Shown here piece after piece: positions 38,188 to 47,092 of a DNA stretch of 64,000 nt (positions within the stretch are counted from its first letter, which is position 1; every line of letters begins with the position of its first letter). Origin of the DNA: an uncultured Coriobacteriia bacterium (lineage in GTDB: Bacteria > Actinomycetota > Coriobacteriia > Anaerosomatales > PHET01); contig OW818687.1 in the NCBI GenBank assembly GCA_942493275.1, positions 1,223,211-1,287,210 on the forward strand. Direction: 5' to 3'. The notes under the pieces were generated by a model that was not told where the DNA came from, made no database searches, and was given only the letters and a program-made list of their open reading frames with translations. The position numbers and the translations under genes were made by a program.

Positions 38188-38556
38188 ATGGCCACCGCAA
38201 CAGCGGCCTACTGCATGAAGTGTCAGGACTACGTCCTCGTCGGCGCCGAAGGCGACTGCGCCTACGGTCATCCGCGCTCGTACCTGCGCGGAGTCTACGT
38301 CGCGAGCGTCGACGTCCGGACCGGCAGGCCTATCCCGCCGCAGATGGATCGCGGCTTCACCTCGCAGGGCAGGCCGGCGGCACCGGTGGCTCCCGTCGCC
38401 GAGATGTCGCCGGGCATGCCGCCCCACCAGCAGGCGACGGCCTCGTCGATGGCCTCGGCATCGACCTCTCGCTTCGGCTTCTCAGCGGCCATCGACGCGA
38501 TCGACCGGCTCATCAGCCCGCCGCGCGGACGGCACTCCGCCCGTCGGGGCGACTGA
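38188..38556 (+). CDS. Zinc-ribbon protein with a disordered tail
   Basis: CMKCQDYVLVGAEGDCAYGHP, the same C-x2-C...C-x2-GHP motif as 8128..8817. ATG follows GAAGGAG. Confidence 0.5.
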   Translation: MATATAAYCMKCQDYVLVGAEGDCAYGHPRSYLRGVYVASVDVRTGRPIPPQMDRGFTSQGRPAAPVAPVAEMSPGMPPHQQATASSMASASTSRFGFSAAIDAIDRLISPPRGRHSARRGD

Positions 38557-38562
38557 CGTCGG

Positions 38563-39033
38563 CTAGCGCGCTACCGGCATCCTCACCTCGGTCAGATAGT
38601 CCTGCGGAAGCGTGATCGACGGGTCCGAGAAGTAGACCTCCTCGGGCGGTCCTACCACGTGGTAGCCGTTGGCCGGAATCCACGACTCGAGCTCCTTGTA
38701 CGTCTCGATGACCGTGTCGTAGGGGCCGCGATGCATCGCGGTGGCGACCTCACGCGGCTCGACCGACTGAACCCCGACGCCGGATGCGTCCGGCTCGATG
38801 ACCGCCGTCGCAGCATCGACCTCGGCGCGCGCCTCCCAAAACGCCGCCGACTCCTCGCCCTCGGCCGGCATGCTGAAGTACACAATGCTCGGCATGCCCC
38901 CGACGTGGATCTCGTGCTCGCCGATCCAGCTGTACAGGCGTCCGAGCGTCTCGGGAATCTGATCGAACGAACCGTGAACGTCGAGGTACGCGACCTTCGC
39001 CGGTTCCGTGGTCTTCACTTCGATGGTTGCCAT
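38563..39033 (-). CDS. GyrI-like effector-binding domain protein
   Basis: About 156 aa. KVAYLDVHGSFDQIPETLGRLYSW...HRGPYDTV...EVYF. Confidence 0.75.
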   Translation of the reverse strand: MATIEVKTTEPAKVAYLDVHGSFDQIPETLGRLYSWIGEHEIHVGGMPSIVYFSMPAEGEESAAFWEARAEVDAATAVIEPDASGVGVQSVEPREVATAMHRGPYDTVIETYKELESWIPANGYHVVGPPEEVYFSDPSITLPQDYLTEVRMPVAR

Positions 39034-39142
39034 CGACACCACCCCCTCCGAGGACTGTACCCACCCTCTATCGACGGGCCGGTCTTGACAGACAGGCGGG
39101 CCGCGCGGACTCTGCTCTAACAACCAACGAGACGGAGGCACC

Positions 39143-39421
39143 ATGGCTGGCAGCAACGGCACACCGATCAAGCTCGAAGTGACCGAGATCCTCGTCAGCG
39201 GCGAGTGCCCGGTGGGCATCAAGGCCGGTCAGGTGTGGGAGATTCGGGACGGCATCGTGCCCGAAGGCATCTGCGCGGCGGCCTGGAACTCGATCCAGCC
39301 CTACGTGGTCGCGCTCCGCTACGGCGGCGTGATGCCGTGGAGCGGTGAGGCCGAGATGAGCGCGTGCTGCCCAGACCCGGCGAACCCGGTCGTCTTCAAG
39401 ATGACGGTCATCGAGGAGTAG
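39143..39421 (+). CDS. TIGR04076-like small Cys-rich protein
   Basis: 92 aa with motifs GECPVG, GICAAAW and ACCPDP. Confidence 0.65.
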   Translation: MAGSNGTPIKLEVTEILVSGECPVGIKAGQVWEIRDGIVPEGICAAAWNSIQPYVVALRYGGVMPWSGEAEMSACCPDPANPVVFKMTVIEE

Positions 39422-39422
39422 C

Positions 39423-40157
39423 TCAGTCCGTAGGCTGGGTGACGTGCAAGTAGAGCTGCTGACCGCCCGTGGTGCTGACCGCGAGCGGGAAGACCGACAC
39501 GCGCATGTCTCCGAACGTCGTCTCGATGGCGCGCTCGGCGGGCTCGCCGGTGCGCATGCACTCTTCGAGAGGGCAGGTCGTCGGGACCTTGTCGTCGGAG
39601 TGCATCTCCTCCATGCAGTAGACGAAGCACTCGTCGATGCCCGTGTCGGTCGCTCGGTAGAACGCGCCGTTCGCGAGCAGCACTCGGTGCTGTTCGTCGA
39701 GAATCATCGTCGGATGCGGAAAGCCGCGCAGGACCGCTTCGACGCTCAAGACGTGATCGGAGCCGTCGAACGGACCGACCATCCCGTCCAGCAGTCGGGC
39801 GAGGTCCCACGGGTCGAAGGGCTTGCTGATCGCGCGCGTCGCGCCGTTGATGACCATCTCTTCGGCGGCGAGGTTGGGGTCCGTGGGGAGGACCAGCACG
39901 ATCGGAAGCCGGTCGTGGCCCATGCGGCTTCGGACCAGGTGGATGAGCTCGAGCCCTGACATGTCCGGCATGTCGACGTCGACGACGAGACAGTCGAACT
40001 TCTCGGAGGAGAGCATGGTGAGGGCGTCGGTCGCGTTGCTGGCCTGGAGCACGTAGTAGCGCCCGGTGCCCTCAAGCGCGAATGATTCGAGATTCCTCGG
40101 GGCCGGCTCGTCATCGACGATGAGGATCTTGCGAGCGGCGAAGTGCGTGTCAAACAT
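39423..40157 (-). CDS. Response-regulator receiver fused to a PAS-like domain with four Cys, no DNA-binding output
   Basis: REC region (ILIVDDEP...VVDVDMPDMSG...ISKPF), then ILDEQHRVLLANGAF...CFVYC...CPLEEC. Confidence 0.75.
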   Translation of the reverse strand: MFDTHFAARKILIVDDEPAPRNLESFALEGTGRYYVLQASNATDALTMLSSEKFDCLVVDVDMPDMSGLELIHLVRSRMGHDRLPIVLVLPTDPNLAAEEMVINGATRAISKPFDPWDLARLLDGMVGPFDGSDHVLSVEAVLRGFPHPTMILDEQHRVLLANGAFYRATDTGIDECFVYCMEEMHSDDKVPTTCPLEECMRTGEPAERAIETTFGDMRVSVFPLAVSTTGGQQLYLHVTQPTD

Positions 40158-40266
40158 TGCGGCTCCCCCCCGGTTGCCACCTGCGCGTGCGTGCGAACTC
40201 GCGTGCCCCTGCTGTGTAGGTTTCGATGCGGGGGGCGGATTCCCTGCTCGCGCGGGGGTGTCCGAG

Positions 40267-41205
40267 TCAGTCGGTCTCGAGCGCGACTTCGGGTGCCGCG
40301 TGCTCGGTGACCGCCTCAGCACTCGATCCGGTTTCAGAGAGGATCACGGCGCCGACGATGAGCGCACACGCAGCGAGCTGCACCGGCGTGAGCGTCTCGC
40401 CTCGCACCAGCCACCCGGACAGCAGCGCGACCGCGGGCACGAGGTTGATGGCGAGAGCAGCGCGGTTCGCAGGCATGTGCGCGACCGCGGTGTTGTAGAG
40501 CCCGAAGGCGATGAGCGACACCACTATGCCGAGGTAGACGACCGCGACCCATGCGACGGGAGCAGCCTGGCTCCAGCTCGCCGGATCGCCCGCGATGGCG
40601 CCCGGCAGGAAGAACGCAGCCCCGACGAGCGCCTGCAGCCCGGTGAGGAACCACGGGTTGTACCTCGCCGAGAGGTGCTTGAGCGCGATCATCGAGCCAG
40701 CCGCGCTCGCCATCGCGATGACCTCGAGCACGTTGCCGAGAACGGGGTTGGGCGCAGACGCCTGCGCCTGGCCGCCGGCGGACAGCAGCCCCACGCCGAC
40801 GAGCGAGATCGCGATCGCGAAGCCGGATCTCGCCGAGAGACGCTCGCCGAGGAACAGCCACGCACCGGCCGCGACCAGCAGCGGCACGATCGCCGAGATG
40901 ACGCCGGCCGCGCTCGAAGTGGTGAGCTGGACCGCGTAGCCCTCGGCCAGGTAGTAGATGCACGGCTGCAGCGTGACGATGAGAGCGAGCCACTTCAGAT
41001 CGCCGGGCCGGTAGTCTGGCCGAGGCAGGACGAACCACACGGGTGCGAACGCGAGCGTCGCGATCGCCATGCGCAGCCAGATGACCGTCATCGGCGTGAA
41101 ACTGTCGAGCGCGGTCTTGGTCGCGACGAAGCTGGTGCCCCAGAAGACGACCGCGCCGGCGAGGCAGGCGAGCGGGACGATGCGGTCGGACATGCGTGAG
41201 GACAC
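40267..41205 (-). CDS. EamA/DMT-family transporter
   Basis: 10 TM helices. GTG 41205 follows GGAG. An alternative ATG is at 41193. Confidence 0.85.
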   Translation of the reverse strand: MSSRMSDRIVPLACLAGAVVFWGTSFVATKTALDSFTPMTVIWLRMAIATLAFAPVWFVLPRPDYRPGDLKWLALIVTLQPCIYYLAEGYAVQLTTSSAAGVISAIVPLLVAAGAWLFLGERLSARSGFAIAISLVGVGLLSAGGQAQASAPNPVLGNVLEVIAMASAAGSMIALKHLSARYNPWFLTGLQALVGAAFFLPGAIAGDPASWSQAAPVAWVAVVYLGIVVSLIAFGLYNTAVAHMPANRAALAINLVPAVALLSGWLVRGETLTPVQLAACALIVGAVILSETGSSAEAVTEHAAPEVALETD

Positions 41206-41281
41206 GTGGGGCTCCGAAGGACTGGCGTGAGCGGTGAGGGCTAGGGTAGCGCAAACGAGGTGGCGCTCGTAAGCGTCGCGA

Positions 41282-42340
41282 CTACCCGCGCTCGGCCCAG
41301 TCGAGGACGCGGAGCGCTCGCAGGGTCAGCCACTTGCTCGGCGCGCCCTTGGCCTCGACGTCGCCGATCATCTTGCCGTTGAAGCTGGTGCGCAACTTCC
41401 AGCGCACGCCGTCGTCCGCAGCCGCCCGCACGAGATCGATCGCTGGCTGGTACTCCGGGCGAGGCGGCTCGCCGACCGCCATCAACGCAGCGAGCGACTC
41501 GAGCGCGTCCGAGTTGTACGACAGCGGGAACCCGAAGCGCGTCCACCCCGGCTTGTCGCCGTAGTGGAGCGGCGCATGCTCGGCCACGAACCGGTCACGG
41601 GCGGCGGCACGCTCGCGCACAGAGAGTGGCCATATCTCGGCCTGGAACTGCTTGAACTCGGCCGGCAGCGAGCGGTAGACCTCCTTGTCGCGCAGCGCTT
41701 CGACGCACGCATCTCGCAGCGCGTCGGTACCCGCAGGCCACAACTCCCGCGGCACCTCGCCGAGAAACAGCAGCACCTTGGGCGTCAGCATGTGGCAGTA
41801 ACCGTTGAGCGACATCGGCTGCATGTCCGAGCAACCCAGAAAGCCGAGCCGCTCGTAGCTGGCGACGATCGACTCGAGCGCTCGAACGACACGCTCGTCG
41901 CGCTCCCACCCCATGCGCGCGAGCCCCCGGCCGACGTTCGCGGTCAGGCATGGCATGTCGTAGGCGGCCTTGGGATTCGCGCTCCACCCGCCATCCGGCT
42001 TCTGGCGCGAGAACGCGTACTCGGCGCCGCGCTGCACCCGCGGGTCTACGCCATCCGCCCACAACTCGCCGAGAAACACGATCTGCCACAGCGATCCGCC
42101 GTACTTCTGGTAGTCGTGGCCCGGATCCATCCACGAGCCGTCCTCGAGCTGCGCGTCGAGGATCTCGGCGACAGGCGGGTAGCTGTTGCGAGTCGCCCAG
42201 AGCGCGGTCGTCGCGGCGTCGTCCGACTCGCCGAGGAGGTGGCGGCGCGTGAGAACGGCGACCGCCGGGTTCTCAGGCTCGAGAAGCCAACCGATAGTCT
42301 CGGCGGGAACGCTGTCGACGATGTGCACGCGGGTGGACAC
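41282..42340 (-). CDS. Prenyltransferase/squalene-oxidase-repeat (alpha/alpha-toroid) protein
   Basis: Repeated DGSW / DGGW motifs (QLEDGSWMD, QKPDGGWSAN). 352 aa. Confidence 0.55.
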   Translation of the reverse strand: MSTRVHIVDSVPAETIGWLLEPENPAVAVLTRRHLLGESDDAATTALWATRNSYPPVAEILDAQLEDGSWMDPGHDYQKYGGSLWQIVFLGELWADGVDPRVQRGAEYAFSRQKPDGGWSANPKAAYDMPCLTANVGRGLARMGWERDERVVRALESIVASYERLGFLGCSDMQPMSLNGYCHMLTPKVLLFLGEVPRELWPAGTDALRDACVEALRDKEVYRSLPAEFKQFQAEIWPLSVRERAAARDRFVAEHAPLHYGDKPGWTRFGFPLSYNSDALESLAALMAVGEPPRPEYQPAIDLVRAAADDGVRWKLRTSFNGKMIGDVEAKGAPSKWLTLRALRVLDWAERG

Positions 42341-42568
42341 GGCAGGAACCTCCTCCGAGGGAGTAGGTACCCGCTGGCTACGGCTGAGGAGCCTCGGCGA
42401 GCAGGATGCCGTGAATCTCGCGGAGGCGGGGGAGCATTGCGGGCAGGTGCTGGGTGCAGATGCCGCGAATGATGATCCAGGCGATTCCCTCGTAGTAATC
42501 AGATCGGCCGAAGGGCCCGGGGAGACCCGGGCCCTTCGTGCGCTATCGGGGCCAACGGGAACATCTTT

Positions 42569-42627
42569 TGGAAACTACTTGACAACTGAGTTTCCGTGGT
42601 GGAAACTGATGGCGCACGAAGTTTCCA
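42569..42627. promoter_or_regulatory. Two adjacent palindromes GGAAACT-N12-AGTTTCC (putative TetR operators)
   Basis: 42569-42594 is GGAAACT...AGTTTCC. 42598-42627 is GTGGAAACT...AGTTTCCAC. They lie 26-84 bp upstream of the TetR ATG. Confidence 0.6.
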
Positions 42628-42652
42628 CGAGTATCCCGACGGGAGGTGCGGC

Positions 42653-43189
42653 ATGGCAACGAAGCAGGAGATCGCCGACGTGTTCGAGAAGCACGTCACG
42701 CGCTACGGCTATGCGAAGACATCGCTCGACGACGTCGCTCGAACCATGCACATCTCGAAGAAGACGATCTACGTCCACTTCGACAGCAAGCGCGAGCTCT
42801 ACGGCTATCTCGTCGGCCGCCAGGCGCTCGAGCAGAAGGCCGCGCTGCGCGCCAACGTTGCGGCCCTTCCGTCGAGTCGGGCGAGGCTTGAGGCACTGCT
42901 GCGGTTCGTGATCGGGCAGGCGAGGGCGCACATCAACGAGACGTCGGAGGCCGAGTGGATGCAGGAGTTCGAGATCGCTGCAGACGCGTTCCGGCAGGCG
43001 AACGGCGAGCTGATGAGGGAGTTCGTGGCCGAGGGCATCTCGGAGGGCGAATTCACCCCGGGCGACCCGGACTTCGTCGAGAAGATGATCGCGGCCATGG
43101 TGCTCGAGTATCTGGTGTTGGTGAACGCGGACCCGGTGTACGACCGGGACGATGAGCTGATCGAGCGCACGCTGCGCTTCATCGGCTAA
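42653..43189 (+). CDS. TetR-family transcriptional regulator
   Basis: HTH region VFEKHVTRYGYAKTSLDDVARTMHISKKTIYVHF. Confidence 0.9.
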   Translation: MATKQEIADVFEKHVTRYGYAKTSLDDVARTMHISKKTIYVHFDSKRELYGYLVGRQALEQKAALRANVAALPSSRARLEALLRFVIGQARAHINETSEAEWMQEFEIAADAFRQANGELMREFVAEGISEGEFTPGDPDFVEKMIAAMVLEYLVLVNADPVYDRDDELIERTLRFIG

Positions 43190-43234
43190 CAGACGGGCCG
43201 TCTCGCGCGGCGGGGCGGCCTTTGTCAGGCCCAG

Positions 43235-43262
43235 AGGAAACGCGAAACGCATGGGGTTTCCT
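43235..43262. promoter_or_regulatory. Third copy of the GGAAAC-N14-GTTTCC palindrome
   Basis: AGGAAAC-N14-GTTTCCT, ending 8 bp before the AAGGAG SD of the next gene. Confidence 0.55.
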
Positions 43263-43282
43263 CGGAAGAGAAGGAGAGAGTG

Positions 43283-43474
43283 ATGGACGCAGTGATGTGG
43301 ATCGGAGCCGCAGTGCTCGTGCTGTGCAGCGTGGCGTGCGGGCTGAACCTGGGAGGAAGGGTCGCGAGCGGCGCCGAGAAGGCGTGGAGCGCGCAGATCC
43401 TCGGCTGGGCGATCGGGTTTCACGGTGCGGCGGGAGTCGCCGCGCTCATGCTGGTAGTGCAGGCGAAAGGTTAG
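43283..43474 (+). CDS. Small two-TM membrane protein
   Basis: 63 aa. AAGGAG lies 6 nt before the ATG. Confidence 0.55.
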   Translation: MDAVMWIGAAVLVLCSVACGLNLGGRVASGAEKAWSAQILGWAIGFHGAAGVAALMLVVQAKG

Positions 43475-43483
43475 GTGGTTGAG

Positions 43484-43687
43484 ATGAAGACAGCGATGAC
43501 GGTGATTGGCTGGACGTTGCGGGCGAGCGCGCTGATCTGCATGGCGTGGATTGTCGGTCAGGTGATGACCGGCGGGATCTCGACGGTTGAGGCACTCGTG
43601 TCGTCTGTCGTGTGGCATGCGGCGTTCGCGCTGAGCGGCGTCGCTCTGGTCGGCGCCGCCAAGGTGCGCGAGCCGCGAACGGTTTGA
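43484..43687 (+). CDS. Small two-TM membrane protein
   Basis: 67 aa, immediately after the previous stop. An alternative GTG is at 43475. Confidence 0.5.
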   Translation: MKTAMTVIGWTLRASALICMAWIVGQVMTGGISTVEALVSSVVWHAAFALSGVALVGAAKVREPRTV

Positions 43688-43782
43688 AGGGCCGTTGCGG
43701 TTCACACGCACGGTCGGGCCGCGCACGGGGTGACCGACGCACAGCGAGTGCGGTAGCGTGTTCATGACACGGGAGGTGCCGC

Positions 43783-44385
43783 ATGACCGAGCTCGTCTAC
43801 CGATTCACCGCACTCGCGCTCGCCGTCACCTATATGACGATCCGCTCGGTCTACGAGCGCAAGCTCGGGCGCCCCGCGAAGCTCACGCAGCTCCGGGATG
43901 CTTCGCCCGAAGATCGGCGCGAGCTGATGGTCGTGAGCTGGGGCACCGCCCTCCAGTGGCTGTACCTGCTCACGCCCGTCGTCGACTTCGCGGCGATCGG
44001 GCTGCCGAGTGCGGTGCGATGGCTCGGAGCGGCGCTCGCAGTGCTCGGCATCGGGATGTTCGTGTGGACACACTCCGCGCTCGCAGGCAACTGGTCGCCG
44101 TTCGTGGAGAAGCCGCGCGCCGGCTCGCTCGTCACGAGCGGCCCTTACCGATGGGTGCGCCATCCCATGTACACGTCGTTCTTCATCTACAACACCGGGA
44201 TGCTGCTCCTGACCTCGAACTGGATCGCCGGCGTGCCGCCCCTGCTCGCGTTCGCGTGGATGTATGCGCAGCGGGTCGGGCGCGAAGAGCGACTCATGCT
44301 CGAGTCGTTCGGCGACGAGTACGCCGCGTATGCCGAGAAGACCGGGCGGGTCCTACCCGGTGTCGGGCGCGGGAGGCTCGGGTAG
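43783..44385 (+). CDS. ICMT/PEMT-family membrane methyltransferase
   Basis: LVTSGPYRWVRHPMYTSFF...E(E)..L...FGDEY..Y signature. GGGAGG SD. Confidence 0.85.
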   Translation: MTELVYRFTALALAVTYMTIRSVYERKLGRPAKLTQLRDASPEDRRELMVVSWGTALQWLYLLTPVVDFAAIGLPSAVRWLGAALAVLGIGMFVWTHSALAGNWSPFVEKPRAGSLVTSGPYRWVRHPMYTSFFIYNTGMLLLTSNWIAGVPPLLAFAWMYAQRVGREERLMLESFGDEYAAYAEKTGRVLPGVGRGRLG

Positions 44386-44544
44386 ATGGAACTGGCCCTC
44401 ACGATAGGCGCCATACTCTTCGTCTTCTTCCTGTTCTGGGTCGTCCTGTTTCTCATCAAACGGTGGTCCGAGAAGAACGAGCCGATGACGGGCGACTTCG
44501 GTGATCGCTTCCGGTTGTGGAAGCGTCCCGATCGCGAGGACTAG
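44386..44544 (+). CDS. 52-aa single-TM peptide (MELALTIGAILFVFFLFWVVLFLIKRW...)
   Basis: Not in the ORF track because it is under 60 aa. Its ATG abuts the previous stop (TAGATG). Confidence 0.4.
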   Translation: MELALTIGAILFVFFLFWVVLFLIKRWSEKNEPMTGDFGDRFRLWKRPDRED

Positions 44545-44632
44545 CGGGCACTGCCGCCCCCGCACTCGCCCCCCGCGCCGTCCCCTGCGATAATGTGCCC
44601 CTGCACCGTTGTCGCGCTGAAAGGCTCTCCTC

Positions 44633-45976
44633 ATGATCCCTCGCTACTCCCGTCCCGAGATGGCTCGCATCTGGGAGCTCGAGAACAAGTTCGAGATCTG
44701 GAAGGAGATCGAGGTCCTCGCGTGTGAGGCCCAGGCCCAACTCGGCCAGATCGGGATCACCGCCGAGGAGGCCGCGCACATCCGCGCCAACGCCGCGTTC
44801 GAGGTCGAGCGCATCGACGAGATCGAGCGCGTCACCAACCACGACGTCATCGCGTTCCTCACCAACATGGCCGAGCATATCGATGCCGGTCTCGGCGAAG
44901 ACGACCCTAAGCCCAGCCGCTGGGTCCACTACGGGATGACCTCGTCGGACCTTGGCGACACGGCACTGTGCTACCAGATGATGCAGGCGTGCGACATCCT
45001 CATCGACGACGTGAGCCGCATCGGCGAGATCTGCAAGCGCCGCGCGTTCGAGACCCGCGAGATGCTGTGCGTGGGCCGGACCCACGGCATCCACGCCGAG
45101 CCGATGGTCATGGGTATGAAGTTCGGCCGCTGGGCGTGGGCGATGCAGCGCGCCCGCAAGCGCCTGAAGCAGGCGCGCAAGGTCGTGGCGATGGGAGCGA
45201 TCTCCGGCGCCGTCGGCAGCTACTCCAACATCGATCCGTTCGTCGAGACGTTCGTGTGCGAGAAGCTCGGCCTCACGCCGGAGCCGCTCTCGACCCAGGT
45301 CGTCCCGCGCGACCGACACGCGCAGTTCCTCGCGGCCATGGCGACCGTCGCCGCGACCGCCGAGGAGATCGCAACCGAGGTCCGCGCGCTCCAGAAGTCC
45401 GACACTCTCGAGGCTGAAGAGCCGTTCGCCAAGGGCCAGAAGGGCTCCTCGGCGATGCCGCACAAGCGCAATCCCATCACCGCCGAGCGGGTCTGCGGTC
45501 TCGCGCGCGTCGTCAAGGCCAACGCGCAGGTGGGCTTCGACAACGTCGCCCTGTGGCACGAGCGCGACATCAGCCACTCCTCGGCGGAGCGCGTGGTGCT
45601 CGCCGATTCGACCATCGGTCTCGACTACCTGCTCGGCAAGCTCGAGTGGATCCTCGACGGCATGGTGCTCTATCCGGAGCGCATGAAGGCCAACCTCGAC
45701 TCGACCCGCGGTCTCATCTACAGCTCGCGCGTGCTGCTCAAGCTCGTCGACACCGGCATCACCCGCGAAGCGGCCTACTCGATCGTGCAGCGCAATGCGA
45801 TGCAGGTGTGGGACGACATCCAGCAGGCGCGCGAAGGCATGACCTACCGAGAACTGCTCGAGGCCGACCCCGAGTGCCCGCTCGACGCCGCCACCCTCGA
45901 CGAGGTGTTCGACCCGTGGGAGTTCCTCGGCAGGGTGGACGTCGTTTTCGCGAAGCTCGAGGAGTGCGAGTTCTAG
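44633..45976 (+). CDS. purB: Adenylosuccinate lyase
   Basis: RYSRPEM...WE...HYGMTSSD...GSSAMPHKRNP signature. Confidence 0.95.
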   Translation: MIPRYSRPEMARIWELENKFEIWKEIEVLACEAQAQLGQIGITAEEAAHIRANAAFEVERIDEIERVTNHDVIAFLTNMAEHIDAGLGEDDPKPSRWVHYGMTSSDLGDTALCYQMMQACDILIDDVSRIGEICKRRAFETREMLCVGRTHGIHAEPMVMGMKFGRWAWAMQRARKRLKQARKVVAMGAISGAVGSYSNIDPFVETFVCEKLGLTPEPLSTQVVPRDRHAQFLAAMATVAATAEEIATEVRALQKSDTLEAEEPFAKGQKGSSAMPHKRNPITAERVCGLARVVKANAQVGFDNVALWHERDISHSSAERVVLADSTIGLDYLLGKLEWILDGMVLYPERMKANLDSTRGLIYSSRVLLKLVDTGITREAAYSIVQRNAMQVWDDIQQAREGMTYRELLEADPECPLDAATLDEVFDPWEFLGRVDVVFAKLEECEF

Positions 45977-45982
45977 GTCCGG

Positions 45983-46972
45983 CTACCCCATGATCTCATT
46001 GAGGTAGCTCGCGGCCTTCTGCCCGCTGTCGGGCGCGATGCACACGGCGATGCCGGAGCGGCCCGGCTCGCGCAGGTACTTGAGCGCACCGGCTGCGATC
46101 GCTGCGGCCGACGGCCCGACCATGAGTGCCTCTTCGCGGTACAGCCGACGCGCGACGGCGTCGGTCATCTCGTCGTCCACCATCACTATCTCGTCGATCA
46201 CCGAGCGGTCGAGATTGCCCGGGACCGCCGTCTCCTCCATGTTCTTGAGACCGGAGATATGGTGACCGGGAACGGGCTCGATGGCGATGATCCGGACGTC
46301 CGGATTCTGCTCCTTCAGGTAGCGCGCCGTCCCCACCACGGTTCCGCAGGTCCCGAGTCCGGCGAAGAAGTACTTCACGCGGCCCTCGGTCTGACGCCAG
46401 ATCTCAGGACCCGTCGACTCGTAGTGCGCCCGGGCGTTGTCGGCGTTGTCGTACTGGTTGGGCATCACGTACTCGCCCGGATGCGCGGCCATGATCTTCT
46501 CGGCGAGCTGGAAGGCGAGGTCCATCGGGTGCAGCCCGGACGAATCGTCCGGAGACGTGAGCCGCAGGTCGGCGCCGAATGCGCGCAGCAGTGCGGTCTT
46601 CTCGGTGGAGAGCATGTGCGGCGCGGTTGCGACCATCTTGACGCCGAGAAGGGTCGCGATGGCGGCCAGTGCGATGCCCGTGTTGCCCGAGGTCGCCTCG
46701 ATCACCGTCTTGCCGTCGAGCTCGCCACGCTCCATGAGGCCGCTGAGCAGCCATTTCGCGGTGCGATCCTTGATCGAGCCGAACGGGTTCACCCACTCGC
46801 ACTTCACATAGAGTGCGACGTCCTCGTTGTCGAGAATGTGGTTCACGCGGACGATGGGGGTCGGGTGGTCGACATCTCCGCACATGTCGAGGAGGTTGTC
46901 ATAGCGGACCAGCCGCGAGTCGTTCCCGAGGCCGAGACGTTCGGCGCCGTGCGGGTCATGTGAGTTGGTCAT
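45983..46972 (-). CDS. PLP-dependent cysteine-synthase-family enzyme
   Basis: NPFGSIKDR (PLP lysine), SGNTG and G.GTCGT motifs. Confidence 0.85.
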   Translation of the reverse strand: MTNSHDPHGAERLGLGNDSRLVRYDNLLDMCGDVDHPTPIVRVNHILDNEDVALYVKCEWVNPFGSIKDRTAKWLLSGLMERGELDGKTVIEATSGNTGIALAAIATLLGVKMVATAPHMLSTEKTALLRAFGADLRLTSPDDSSGLHPMDLAFQLAEKIMAAHPGEYVMPNQYDNADNARAHYESTGPEIWRQTEGRVKYFFAGLGTCGTVVGTARYLKEQNPDVRIIAIEPVPGHHISGLKNMEETAVPGNLDRSVIDEIVMVDDEMTDAVARRLYREEALMVGPSAAAIAAGALKYLREPGRSGIAVCIAPDSGQKAASYLNEIMG

Positions 46973-47092
46973 CGGGCTCCCTGTTCGCATGGGCGTTGCA
47001 TGCAGGATACCCGTGTCAGCGTCGCTTGCGGTCGGTGAGTGGCCACCGCTCTCGGCTACAATTCTGTGAAGTCTGACTGTCGAGGAGGAGCG

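Noticed and set aside
41282-42340. The alpha/alpha-toroid (prenyltransferase/squalene-oxidase-repeat) protein as part of a terpene or lanthipeptide biosynthetic cluster.
   Set aside because: No terpene synthase DDxxD partner, dehydratase, precursor peptide or tailoring genes are nearby. The neighbours are an EamA transporter and an unrelated TetR unit.
42499-42699. A 66-aa minus-strand ORF overlapping the TetR operators and the TetR start.
   Set aside because: It is antisense to the TetR N-terminus, has no SD, and its composition is not protein-like. The region is better explained by the operator palindromes.
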